From Fimbriosthenelais zetlandica (lineage: Eukaryota): a DNA stretch of 64,000 nt. Position 1 is the first letter of the stretch. The number at the start of each line of letters is the position of its first letter. The notes beneath the pieces are model-generated. The model searched no databases. It had not been told where the DNA came from and saw only the letters and a program-made list of their open reading frames with translations. The translations under genes and the position numbers were made by a program. The DNA lies in contig OZ365114.1 of the NCBI GenBank assembly GCA_977030845.1, forward strand, positions 26,598,001 through 26,662,000, read 5' to 3'. Of this stretch, positions 1 through 12,580 are shown piece after piece.

Positions 1-232
1 GGAAAAACACTCACATAAATGGCCAATTCTCAAAATGCTGCTTATAAGTATTCGAGTCTAAACATGAAATACCAAAATGAAATCTAAGTGAGAATCATCT
101 GCACTGGGGTGGGAATTTTAATCTAGCCCACAGGTCCTTGGTGTTATGTGTGGTCATTAGGGGGCGTTTTGATTAGGCCATGACCCTTGTCCGGTTCCGG
201 CAGTCCGAGGGAATCTCCCCGGGCATCCCCCT

Positions 233-275
233 TTGACCTGGCGTCATGTGACCTTGACCTGGCGTCACGTGACCT
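233..275. repeat. 21-bp tandem duplication containing an E-box palindrome
   Basis: TTGACCTGGCGTCATGTGACC followed directly by TTGACCTGGCGTCACGTGACC (1 mismatch). The second copy contains GTCACGTGAC. Confidence 0.9.
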
Positions 276-283
276 CATTGGCA

Positions 284-297
284 TGCCCTCTGGCGGC
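284..297 (-). promoter_or_regulatory. CTCF-like motif
   Basis: The minus strand reads GCCGCCAGAGGGCA, close to the CTCF core CC(A/G)CCAG(A/G)GGGC(G/A). Motif match only. Confidence 0.4.
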
Positions 298-1118
298 GTC
301 TCAGGTAATCTGGACCGCTATATATCATTGTTAGACGGATGTCCGACAGTACTTTGAGGTTAGGGCGTTATTTTGGGAGTAATTACAAAGTGAAAACACA
401 TTTACTGAGGCCACGGGTTCAATTTAACCTGAAGTGTGCTAAATGTAAAGCACATTTAAGTTCCAGTCTAAGATGAATTGGAATTGGAACTTTGCTATCA
501 CTTTTCATTTCTCCTCAAAGAGGTGCAAAGATGTAGCACCCTTGCAAGATATTTTCATCACTGAGGTATCACGTCACATCACATGGCATGATACCTCACT
601 CAATCACATCATCCTGAGGCCAGCTAGACCCACCAGTCCTAGGGGTCATTGTGCAAACTCTTGTTGCAGAAAAATCATTTAAGAAAACCGACAGCTCCGA
701 TTAAGCATCCGCCTAGAGAGAAATGTGGGTTCCAGCTAGAGGTCCAACGAGCCCTCGTACACGTAGAATTTGGACAATGATCCCCTGGCGTCAACAGTAT
801 TCTCATATTGGTTCATTTCATTGTTAGAAGTATCAACATCAACTTTATAACTAGATTTACTTTCTCAGTGCTTGGTGTATCACTGCCACCCCATGCTGCC
901 ATTATCACCATGCCACCCACGCCGCCAGGAAAAATCACATCTTGATTTACCCACCTCCTGATTGACATAAATACACAATTGATCTCTCCTAATCCAATCT
1001 CACGTCCATTTAGAGAATGTTACCCGGGATTAAACCATCATTTGTATATCCACTTACTCCCCCGGCTCGTCTAATTCCTCCATAAAGAGGCAAAGTAAAT
1101 ATAAATCAAATGTGATGC

Positions 1119-1140
1119 TCTCGCACCAAATCTCGCGAGA
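1119..1140 (+). repeat. Short dispersed element with a TCTCGCGAGA palindrome; related copy at 18700-18730
   Basis: TCTCGCACCAAATCTCGCGAGA here versus TCTCGTTCCAAATCTCGCGGA at 18700-18720. Confidence 0.5.
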
Positions 1141-2910
1141 CGTGACCTCGACATACCCCGGCGTTCATGCTTCTGTCTGATACTTTCCAGAACGAGGCTA
1201 GACAAAAAAAAGTGTAGGTGCCGGTTTGTATTTTACACATCTACGAGTGGAACGACAGTGGCGCTTTTTATCCACCGTACCGACCCTGGTTGTTTTTCCA
1301 CGTTTTTATCCACCTTACCATGCTATCTCAGGGAACGTTAATAATCATCACCTGAAGAGGTACGTGTCAGATCCATGACAAAGATCCTGACTTGGTTGCC
1401 ATGGAAATCTACACACTAAAAGGTTTAGGTGGGCTATCAGGGACCCTAGCTTCCCCGGGGGTGTGGATGTAGTGGGATATAAACAGATATATCCCAGGAT
1501 AACAAAGGAGGACGGATTAAGGAACAGAAGCTTCAGCGTGAAACCCAGCAGCGCTGTTAAGTGATTGGTCCATCCATCTTGTGTAAAGGAAGTGCCCGGA
1601 TGAGGAAAACAGTGAGGTGACCTGTCAGCTGACCTATCAGGTGCGGGGATGGGGGTGGGAGGCAGTGTGAAGGTGTACTCACACAGATTGTCTTGGTTAT
1701 AATGTCAGATTTAGTGTCACTGTATTACTGTCACTTTGACTTCCCAAATCACTTTGCTAAGGATGAATGGTGACTGCTTCATTGAGTTAACTGCTCACTT
1801 AAACTGCTTTCACACTGGAGTCATGATAACACATTAATGCTTACATGAAGACGACATTCTTTTTTTAGAGAACCTCATGTCACAGGACCAAGCACACTTC
1901 AAAAGGAAACTTCAAAAGGTGCCATCACCCATCCGACAAGACAAAAAGGCGAACTAGGCTCAACTTCCATTTGTCCTGTAATTATCTGGAGGTATTGGTC
2001 TTGTCTTTGTCAGCCAAGTGTGTAAGGAAGTTAACAGGTTTGTCGGATTTCAGTGTAGAAGCATCTTTAATGGTATACGTTAGCCTATAGTCCAGAATAG
2101 GCGCTAGGTATTTTTAGCTACAATATTTTTAATGCATGCCATCATAAAAAGTCATTTGAGGAATCAGGTAAAACTTCTTCGGGGGAAATAGACCCTAGAG
2201 AGGTTAATCGTCCAGACGTGTTTAACCAGTATAAGATCCAAATGTTCTTTGCCAAGTAAAGTCTGGAAAGTAACCGAAGAAGTTAAAAAGTGTCAGCAAA
2301 AAATTAACTCGTGATTCTTCCCGACAATCTGCCACATCATGTTATGACCAAGATGGATCGCTGCAAAAACCACATCGCTGTTTTAGCTGCAGTCAGACCG
2401 TTGCATGTAATGAATGTTAAAAGCATGGAGGGTAAACCCCCATCTCCCTGTCAGGAAAGGCATGATTCAGCTGAAAATGGTGAGAGTGAGATACGCAACC
2501 TCAGAACCCGTTTCAACGGTTTCCCACGCCCCCTATACAGACCAGATGACAGGGTGTGAAGGAAGACGAGTAATAAGGAAGGATTTTTAAAGACGATTTC
2601 GCCCCGAGGGTTGGGGGGTATGTTTGTTGCTGATTCGTAAGTAACAGTCACAACACGCTCCTTTGGTGTCAAAGGTTGAGAGTTCAGGGTTGGGGAGGGG
2701 CTGGGATGAGGGATCTGTCAGGTACATTTCCCAGGTGAGGGTGGTCCTGAAGTCAGAGGGGGGCAGTAGGTCCCAATAAACAGATAACTGATGGTGAAGT
2801 AGGTATTGAGAGGTGGAGAAGTAATAAAAAATCAGAGTCAATTATTTATAAATCAATAAAAGTAACTTATGATATCAAACAGAACAAAATGCCAGAGAAA
2901 CTTATTGATA

Positions 2911-2979
2911 AAAAGGCTCATGAGAGTGTTCATCACTCCAACTCGAGTTGACGTGATGAACACTTCTCATGAGCCTTTT
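2911..2979. repeat. Near-perfect 69-bp palindrome (foldback or MITE remnant)
   Basis: AAAAGGCTCATGAGAGTGTTCATCAC-TC-CAACTC|GAGTTG-AC-GTGATGAACAC-T-TCTCATGAGCCTTTT. The arms pair apart from a 2-nt mismatch and a 1-nt bulge. Confidence 0.92.
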
Positions 2980-5900
2980 CAGTATATAAATTAATGGAGT
3001 GAATAATATCCATGTTAATAATATCCATATCCATCTAGCACCTATCATATCCCTTGATCTCTTCCTTTTGATGTGATAAATGAGTACAGCTGGAGCTATG
3101 ATGATATACTCCTGTAGATTACACACATATCATCCTCTACTTATTGCTGTACATTCATCTTCTCATCTACCTCTACACTCAGTCTATCTCCTCTGTGTCT
3201 GTAGTCCCCATCTCATATCTACCGAGATCAACTGTACTGATAATAAAGCAATCAGAAACATTTGGGAATTAATCAAAACTATCAAAATTATCATCAATTC
3301 GTTGTGATTCTTGTTTAGGTAAAGAGAGGAACAGAATGGGCAGGGCAGTTATGGAGAATTCCGATTAGCCATTTCCCAGAAAAAGCAAAAACCACTAATG
3401 TCAGGAATGAGTCAGGTGAATTGTGAATGAAAGCCGAATGAGTTTTGTTTGGTCGTTGACCTGACCCTGAGATGTAAACATGATGAGAGAGGGACCGTGC
3501 CAACATGTGGGGTGGAGGTCGGGCTATGATTACTGTATTACCGGCCAGCCTGGCAGGGTGTCTCGGACTGTTGAGGGTTTAAGCAGGCATTCAGCCAACA
3601 CTGACTGGAGGGGTGGAACAGCAAGGTACAGCAATAGGTACCCCCAGCCAAATAGACTCTCAGCTACTCATGCTGATCATTGCCTTCAACTGGTCTATAA
3701 GTGTAGCTCATTGTGAGTCCAACGTCTTTTCAGTTTTTTTTAATTTAGATGGTGACCCCTAAAATAAAAGGTCATTCATCATGTGTATTCAATTTTCACC
3801 CTGAAAAGATTTGCCTTTCAAACTTTGAACTAAGGGATTCAAAAGATTCCTCTGTAGTGACCTGTCGGACCTCCAGCTCGTTAATAATATGATGTAAAAT
3901 GGACAAAACATACTTGCCCCAGATAAGAGGCTATCTGACCTACTGGGTAGAAGACTTAGAACAGTGGAAGAAGGTGAGAAGTGAGGGAGCGCAAAACAAT
4001 TGGGAAACAAGACTTCAGAAGAAGAGGAAGTCAGAGGCAAAGGGTTAGTGATTGCCCTGGTAGCCACCTGAGATATAGGTCATAAGGCTGAAAGGACAAC
4101 AGGTCTGAATGAGATGATTGACCTGGTCTCTGGTCCTGCTCTGACCCTTGATAAGGTTCCTATGCAATGTGATACACTCTCATCAATCATTGCCGAATCA
4201 TGATCAATAAGGGATGATATAAATTTTCGGGAGATATACGGAGAAAACTCCAATTAGTGCTCAGTCCCATTATTTTCTTACGAAAGGTTTCGACTTTGTA
4301 CAACTCGAGGTAGAAATGTGTTCAAATGACTCTGTAAAAACTATATTTTCTTACTTAATGGCTCCTGTTTTCTCTGTAGAAATATTATCTAAGCAGGACT
4401 AACAGTTTTCATCCAGGCTAATGATGTTATCTAAGAATACCGCCCAAAAGCCTTGACAGTTGGAGACTTCCTCACACTGTCTCGTTTCCACCAATACATC
4501 TTCCTCTGCCTTGTGATAAGGATCTAGTCAATGCCGTGTGGTGCCCTTTTATACAGAAAACATGTCGTGTGAATCAAAAGGCGGACTAAATTACGACACC
4601 TACACCAAGAGAAACGAGGACCTCCATATGGAAGACCTCCACACTTCCTGCCCCTTCATATTCTCCAGGAGTTTGTATCCTTGTATCTAACTGCTGACTC
4701 GGCAACCTCTCGTAGTGTAAATCTCTGTAGCAGAAAAACCTCTTTCAGACCACATCCAATGTGTAGTGGAAATCATTGGTCACAAGTAGCTCCCTATCCT
4801 CCAACATTGCAAAGCTGGATTATTGGATTCGAAAAGGAATTATACTTTAAAGAAGTTATTTATTGCTGCATGGTGGCACAGAATATTTTGATTCTGCACC
4901 CAATACAACCTAACAAGCTTGATATATGTTCATAATAAAAATATACCGAATCTCTGTTATCATGCTGAGTGGGAAAACATTGATGTTTATATGAACACTA
5001 ACAAGATAATGAGGAAGCACTTACTGACCCAAAATAAATAAAGAAAACCATAATCAGCAGCTGACGGCTGCATGTTCTCTCCACAAAAAGCTTTCTCTGA
5101 GCAGGTTTGAGGTTTTTTTTAAATGTCCTAATTCAAAAGGTAATTCCGACCCTCTAAGAGGAATGCTGGACTAATACTTTCTGCATACCCTTCTAAGGCA
5201 TCTTTCATCCTGTTCCTTCTCTCTAACTTAGGAAGCTGTCATGTTGTGAAATGTACTTTATAAACAGCATCGGGAAGAGGGGAAATTTGAGTCTTTGAAA
5301 CAGCCTAACTCTGTGCTAGACATTCCTCTCATAGTAGGTAGGTTGGCTAGAGAATTATTTAAAGAATATTTCATTTTAATTCTGTGGAAAGTAGATTTCA
5401 ACAGTATATATACAGTGTCAAAAGAGGAGACTTATGTATCAAGGAGCCTTAAGCAAAATATTCTAGAAGAATGACATGAAAATAATGTTTCAAAAAATGG
5501 CAAAATGCCTGTTGTGAATGCATCCAAATGTCTCTTACAGATATGTGCCTGGATCAGTCATATGTACAGCAAAAATGTTTCAAGTTGCATGTTTTACACA
5601 GACTAAAAACTAAATACCTTGTCCAAAGCTGAGCAGTGAAAAATTGCTGACAAAACTGAAACAAATGAGGTGAAGATAAATGAGTTATTTTTAATCTTTT
5701 TTGTGCTCCATCCATCACAATCAAACAAACTGTCCATACAGACTGCATGCCCTCTTGTTACAGGGAATGATCCTGGGAATAAGGTTGATGTTGAAAAGAA
5801 GAGCAAGAAGTAAGGGTGAGGAGAAGGTGAAGTAAACAAAGAGGCAAAAGGAAGCAGAAGAAAATATTAAGGCTGTAAAGACATATTAATATGTTGAAAA

Positions 5901-6257
5901 GGACAAATGAAGAAAGGACATAAGTGTTAAAGAGAAGGGGAAGAGGAAGATTAGAACTCAGTATACAGTCTTTTAATTACATGTATATCCATTAAGCATT
6001 GGGTACTGGGTTAGTAAAAGAAGGAGTAGGAGCAGGAGCCAGCTGCTGCGTCTATAGTAGAGATCTAGCAGTTGTTATAAGTGATTAAGTGTTGGCCTCG
6101 GTACACAGCCTCAGCTGGCAATAAACAGCCAACCAACCGAGATCAAAGACCAACTTAGTGCAGCCCGGTTCCCATGGAATCAACACCCCTCTCCCTGCTG
6201 GCCTCCAGGTAGGCTTGTGGAGCTGGTAGGTTGGGGTGTGAGAGGGGATGGTAGGTA

Positions 6258-6279
6258 GGGGTAGGGGTAGGGGTGGGGG
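6258..6279 (+). other. Potential G-quadruplex motif
   Basis: GGGGTAGGGGTAGGGGTGGGGG: four runs of at least 4 G with 1-2 nt loops. Confidence 0.7.
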
Positions 6280-9200
6280 CACCAGGAGGAGGCCAAGTCA
6301 GCATGGTGTGTATTGACATTATACACACCGATACAGATGATCAAGGCAGGGGAGGAAGCATGGCTGGATCATGGAGTCGTGTTTATATTCCATGCTTCAC
6401 TGAATCTCAGCCTCATCTATTGTCTGCTTGATTTGTTTGCACTGAGCATTCAAGGAAGTAAAGTTGATTAAATCAGTGCGGCCTGTCCCAATTTGGGTTC
6501 ATCTTATTGGGTCTGTGGGATTCGTAAATCTGGGGGGAAATCATCCAAAATAAGGAACCTAAATCCTCAAGTTAAATCTTAATACTCGATCCTGGGCTTT
6601 CACTGCATATGATATACTTTAGATGTATAGTTAATTGAGGTACGGACACATTCAGGATCTCACAATCACTGTGCTAGACCTTGAGTATACTTCCACCTCT
6701 AGCTACTTTCTACTATTGCTTTCCAATTACCTCCCATAAGCAAATGGTACGGAGGGGTCCCCATCACATTCTTGGAGCAAACATGAAAAGGGGGTATTGA
6801 TAAATGGCCCATTTTGTTGGGAAAGGAGAGGAAATTAGACAGCTATAAAGTAATCTCTTTAACTAGGCTTTCATAGAAGACTAGAGGCGGCCGGATTCAG
6901 TCCCAAGTCTACTGGTAGAATGGATGGGAAGGGTACATAGAGAGATAAAAGCAGACCAGACCACGGGGCAAAGATTAAGGGAGAAGAGTGTAAGGAATAT
7001 GAAAGAGAGATGGGAGATTTAGAGGGAAAGGTGAGTCCCAGATCAAGGACGGCTGGAGAGTCTAGAATGTGAAGGACAAATATCAAATGAACAATGAACA
7101 GAATGTGGAGGATTGACAAAAAGAGCGATTATACACTAGTGAGGAAGACTGGGTGAAGGAGGGGGAAGAGGGAGAAGGACAAGAGGAAGAGAAGGAGGGA
7201 GTAATAAGGGAACAGTTACATTGGAGTGATAGCAAGAGACTGATACAATAGGGGAGTTTGAAAAGGGACCAGTGCACAAAAAGCCGTGCAGACTGCCCTA
7301 TGCCGATAGGACATATATGGCTGTTCTGTTACAACCAGTTCCTCATGAAATATTCCTCCCTTGCTCTTATACCCATCTACGTACAAATTTCCATCAGAGA
7401 GAATTTCAACTTCAATCTAGTTGCATGAATCTATAATCTCCTCCAAATGCAAGTGCTGTTGTAAAGAAATGTCTGAATAAATTGAATCACTGAATAAAAT
7501 GAATCAGATAGAGAGATATACCGGAAGAAATGCAGCACATATTGAAGTCAATGGAGAGACGCAGCTGGCACCTTCAGGGCGGTCCAACCCACCCAAGGGC
7601 ACAAAACACATTCTACAGCTTAGCACATGATGATCGAATTAAAAATGAACAAGAGTAAAAAATGAGTAAATAGTGATTCCCTGTGCCATCATTACCAGCA
7701 CAGTATGGCGCCATGTATCAGAGGTGTGAAAAATAAAAGGCGTCATCCCAAGTGGATTTGATGAACAACTATAACAGTGGGATAGACTTGCTGCCATCTA
7801 TAAATATTATTTTTCTGGCTTTGGGAGTTTGTTTTAACAGCAGGCTGCTATGATGTCTCCCAGACCTGCTGACAATCATCGCCCATCCTCATCTTTCCTT
7901 CTGCTCCTTGAAATGTTGTGAGGTTCAATTGTTTGACAATTCCTTATACAATGTGTAATGATAAGTGAATAGTTGTATAAAACATGAAAACTTTTACCAG
8001 ATCATAATAGATTAACTGCTAGGGAATTATAGGCCTATGTAATGGAACACCCCAGAGATATTTAAATGGACTACCAGCAGAAATTGATAATAACATTGAT
8101 TTGCAGCTGTGGAAAGTATAGTATTCTTTGCAGAGAGACCATACATGGAGGATTATGACAATTAAAATTCAATTATTTCATTAAATACACTTCCATACAC
8201 TTCAATACACAGCACAACGATTTCCTATAGGGACTTATAATGAAGCTTAAGTGTAGGAAGGGAAAGAATTAATGAACATCCAATTGCGAAATCTGACTAA
8301 ATACTAAAAAGTCACTTAATACTGATGGGATGTGACAGATACTGTGGTAACATACAAGTGATCACCTGTCAGAGCCAGCTACAGTGAGAGCTTTTGTATG
8401 ATATATGGAATTGTATCCATTCAATCATTGCGCGTTGATAAAAATAATGCCACATCTCAACTTACAAATTGAGATACAACAAAATGTCCAGGCCCGGTGA
8501 TAGGATCCAGATGATAGATATCAAAATATTTCTCCGCTGACACTATGAAGGGAATTTATGAATATTCTGACAGATGATCCTTGGACGTATGTCCTCATAA
8601 AAACGTGATGTTCAAGTTAAATTGGCTCCAGGTGAAACCTTCCCTATACACACGACTAAAAATAAGACTAATGTCGACAGAAACAATATAGTTTCCCAAA
8701 CAAACTTCTAATAGTAAATACTACTTTTCTTTTTAAGAGGCCTGGCAATTCAGTTAGCTGGCTTTCCCAAAATTTCAACCAAAAGCTATTTGGTTGAGTA
8801 AATATTGTTTGAAATAAAAATGCACTAACACATGGCTTCATGTTTGGAGAGGCAATGCAGCATGAGTTTTGCTTTAAGGTTCGGGTGAAAAGATCAGGCG
8901 GCTTTGGGATGACAATCGGCATTTAAAGAATCCTAAATCTCCATTGTGTCAGGCAATCCTCAGGCCTTAAAAACAATGAGTGCCTTATATTATAGGGCAG
9001 GATTGACACTGTCATTGCTATTATGAAGTGCACATAACCATTATTTTAATGGACAGCTGAGAGTGACAGTGGAGTGTTATGGGAGAATGAGTGGTCGTCA
9101 TATTTGGTGTAGTAATCACGGCTGACCAAGACCCATTCTCTCCTCTAACCTACTTACGATCAATAAAACACGATTGGTCCTAATCATAAACCAGCAGAAG

Positions 9201-9544
9201 GTGGCACCACCTGTCATCCACCTATCACAGCCCCCAGATTACCCTTTCAGGCATGGCCCAGTGTCTACTCAAATATTCATGTCCTTCCCTAATATCAACC
9301 CACGATAGCGACCTTAAAGGGGAGACCACCTCCTTTTAGGTCAGTCGTTAACTTCCCAATCGTTATTTATTCATGCAGAGCCCTTTTCCGCAATGAGCCT
9401 CATAAGTCACATGCCGGAAGTGTACTATGACAACCGTACAAATGATGATTGGAAGTGTGTTAGCAAAGAGGTGGGGGTGAAGGGGTATAGACCCTGCATT
9501 CCCACATAGTTATGTGCATGATGAAGTATCCCCTGGGATCGCTT

Positions 9545-9647
9545 TCTACCTAAGTAGTTCAAAGGTAAGAGCATTGACCCTGGTTCATAAAAGTCAATGT
9601 TGAAGTCAGAGGGCTCGGGTTCAAACCCGGGTCTGACCCCGGGTAGA
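9545..9647 (+). mobile_element. tRNA-derived SINE head or tRNA pseudogene
   Basis: A-box-like TAGTTCAAAGG (9555-9565) and B-box GGTTCAAACC (9618-9627) in a T-arm-like hairpin. AGAGCA follows the D-loop. An extra CATTGAC/GTCAATG hairpin sits in the anticodon region. Not a canonical cloverleaf. Confidence 0.55.
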
Positions 9648-12449
9648 TTTCTCAGTAAAATACAGGGGTTGAGACTGTTGAGGGGTTGAGAGGGGACTTG
9701 AGAGAGGTGAGTAATGACCTCCAGCTGAATCCATCCCAATATGAGCTGTATTCATGACAAAAATTTAAGCCTACAGAGCAAGTAACTGTTTGCTTTCTGA
9801 ATCTAATTCACTGCACAAAATGCAGAACAGACTGCGAGTGAATTGCCCCTTTTCAGAGATGGCGCACGACATCTTAGTTGCATATTGCCCATGGAAAATG
9901 CAAGAGACTGCACACTGCATTGGCAGTATTAATAAAGCCGACAAATCATGTTGGTTGGATTAATTGCAATACAGCAACCTTGTAACCTTTTCCTTTAAGG
10001 TTAAAGATTCGTCAGAGGAAACTGCTGGTCTCTATACCCTCACAAAACACACTTTAAGGACATTACTGTCTACATGATCTTTCCATTACACTGGATTCAC
10101 TTCCGTTGTTCATCTATTTGTCTTTGGTGCTGTGTGTCGAAACCTTTGTCTTTTTCCCCTCCTTCACTAACCCCATCCAATTTAAAATTTCAAAAAATCT
10201 AAGATTACATAACATAGATTCTGAAGTTTATACTAAAGCAATTGTTTGGATATAGGAGTGCAAAAACAGTTCTGAACGATAAAATAACAACTTGTTTTCT
10301 ATTGAAGAATTACTTTTGACGCTTGTTGAATTATAATGTCTTGTACACGATAATGAAGAGTAACTTGTGTATGATCGAATGTAAAAGTAGGTTAGACTAG
10401 ATCCTAACTGCTTGGGTGTGTATGTAAGTAGGGATTAGAGTGGGAATGATTTCTAATAGTGTTGAGATGTCAGCTTCAGATGGGCAGGACACCTGTACCA
10501 CTCTTATACAAAAAAACCTCATACCCCGTGAGTGAAGATCACAGAGAGAGATGGGAATAGATTACAGGTATGAAGTATACAGTTAAGAATACATTTATAT
10601 ATATGTATGTCCCTCCTACCAGGTTCTGCACGGGCTCATACTACCCTCACTGGAGCTCTTATAATATACTTAGAAGCACTAAGTAGATTTATTATTAATA
10701 ATATTTACCATTGTTACAATGGCCCTTTCTTCCTTGGAATTTGACCATGGTACTAATAAATATATGGGAACTATTTCCCTTGCAATGTATGGCGAAGTGA
10801 TTAAGGATGGGTGACAAGTTGGCAAGGAGGATATGAAGGACACCTAAATTATTCTTCGGGATAATATCGATCGTGGCACATAAAGACTTATGTCCCAGAT
10901 TGATTGTTCATTGAGAGTTTCTGAAAAGCTTCTTTTCATTTCTATTTGATTGTCCGAAGGTATGAGCCATGCAATCGAAGCACAAGAGCATGACTAGAAA
11001 AGACTGTCATTCAGAGGTTACATGCAGAACTATATGAAGAGCATTGAACCAAAAAATTAATTAAAATATATCTACAGCTGACACAATGGCTGTCCTGGCA
11101 CTTGTGGAGATAAAATGTACACTTTTGTAAAGTGTATTTACATATTTATATGAACCGTCAAGCTTGCAGCACAAAGTAAGCCTTCTATATGCGATCCACT
11201 CCCAGTGAGCTCCCCTCGAGAACATAAAGCTTTGCCAACCTTTGCCTTCACTCCCATCGAACAGTCGTGTTTATTGCACTATTAGTTCTATATCACTTTG
11301 CCTTCTGTATGCCGCCTCCTCCTCATAAACGGCTATACCTTTCTGCCATTTCATCACTCGCCTCTCAGATATTGGAGGTTCCTGAATGCACCATCTATAT
11401 GTGATACCTTCTATATGTCTGCCAGACCCAGGACCTCGGCCTATCAATAGGGTCTGGTGCCTGTGCATATGATAAGTGCTCAGTGCCATGTGCCTTTACC
11501 ATTCACCATTATAACCAACCTGCGAGTAATTTCACTCCACCTTTATGACTGATATGAGGATTTCTCTGGTTATTGCCAGGGAAATAATATATCTCCAGCT
11601 TCATATTGATTGGAAACGTGATGCATTTTATTTCATATCCAAGTGTCAGGCAATGAAAACTCCCCAACACAAAAGCCTATAGCTATTGTGAACTATCAAC
11701 GGGATTAGCCTGTATTCTACTTTTGTTATAATGAACAAAAGCTGAACGAGTATAATGGGAAATGAAATACCAAATTAGAATGGAGGCAGACAGTTGGTGA
11801 TCTGATAGGAAACCAGGTCATCCAGGATTTGGATGCCAACCCAAGCGTCACTCTATTTGAATGCTTGTCAGAAAGTAGGAGGCAAAGAATAGAGATAAGC
11901 TAATTGTTATTCATGGCATGGCTTCCTATTTTTAGAGTCAGGGGATAGGACATTTAAATTCCTGTAATCCAGGAATCTAAGATGGTTTCTTTTACATTGC
12001 GTGATTCGGGATCTTCTGTGTTGACCATGGATGGGGACTAAAGATGGTGACAGAGCCTGGATATATCGCCTGAGTCAAGAAGAGGTAAACAAGACAATTA
12101 TGGCAAAAACGTTGACTTGTTGAACAAGGCATGATTGGCTTTACATTAAAAGAGCAGAGAGTAAGGTCTTGGAGAGCCCAGACTGCACTGGTGCCGCCAT
12201 GTTCAGCCACATTTCCTGTAGGTCAGAACCATTGTTCCGGAAGAAGAGGTCATTTCCGGTTCAATTCAGAGTCACAAATGAGGCTGTGGAGGTTTTCACT
12301 TTATGGGTGGGAGGGGGAGCATTGTTATTGGGGTCAGTACAGATATGGGTAATTGATTTAATGGCATAATATCCGGAGCCCATCAATCTACGGATGAAAG
12401 GAGGAAAAAAAATATGGCATGGTTATTGTATGATTCCCTCCTGCAGCTT

Positions 12450-12580
12450 GCACAAACAAATAAAATCTGGACCAGCTAGGACAATGCTGTTGTATTCATA
12501 ACCCTTCAATAACAGCCGAGGATGGATCAAATACAGACCAATATATAACATATAGGACTGTAATGTAAGCTTCTTGCGGA
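12450..12580 (-). mobile_element. Decayed LINE (CR1/L2-like) post-RT fragment
   Basis: Minus frame YITVLYVIYWSVFDPSSAVIEGL*IQ resembles the recalled consensus Y..LVRS.LEY...VWDP....I..LE.IQ. Contains an in-frame stop. Confidence 0.35.

Noticed and set aside
2172-2284. 11-bp inverted repeat AACTTCTTCGG...CCGAAGAAGTT as MITE TIRs
   Set aside because: About one such match is expected by chance in 64 kb. No TSD or second copy seen.
2451-2841. Penelope-like N-terminal region (PLTPKER...)
   Set aside because: The diagnostic I.I.PADKG motif is absent, so the similarity is too weak.
4360-4420. Strong splice acceptor TTTTCTCTGTAG
   Set aside because: All three frames close within about 40 nt and no donor follows.
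6871-7300. Alternative genetic code (TAA/TAG read as Gln) to rescue ORFs
   Set aside because: TGA, TAA and TAG all interrupt the protein-like frames and frameshifts are also needed. Ordinary decay explains this better.
9545-9647. Functional tRNA gene
   Set aside because: No proper 7-bp acceptor stem at canonical positions, a mismatched T-stem and no 7-nt anticodon loop. Kept only as a tRNA-derived element.
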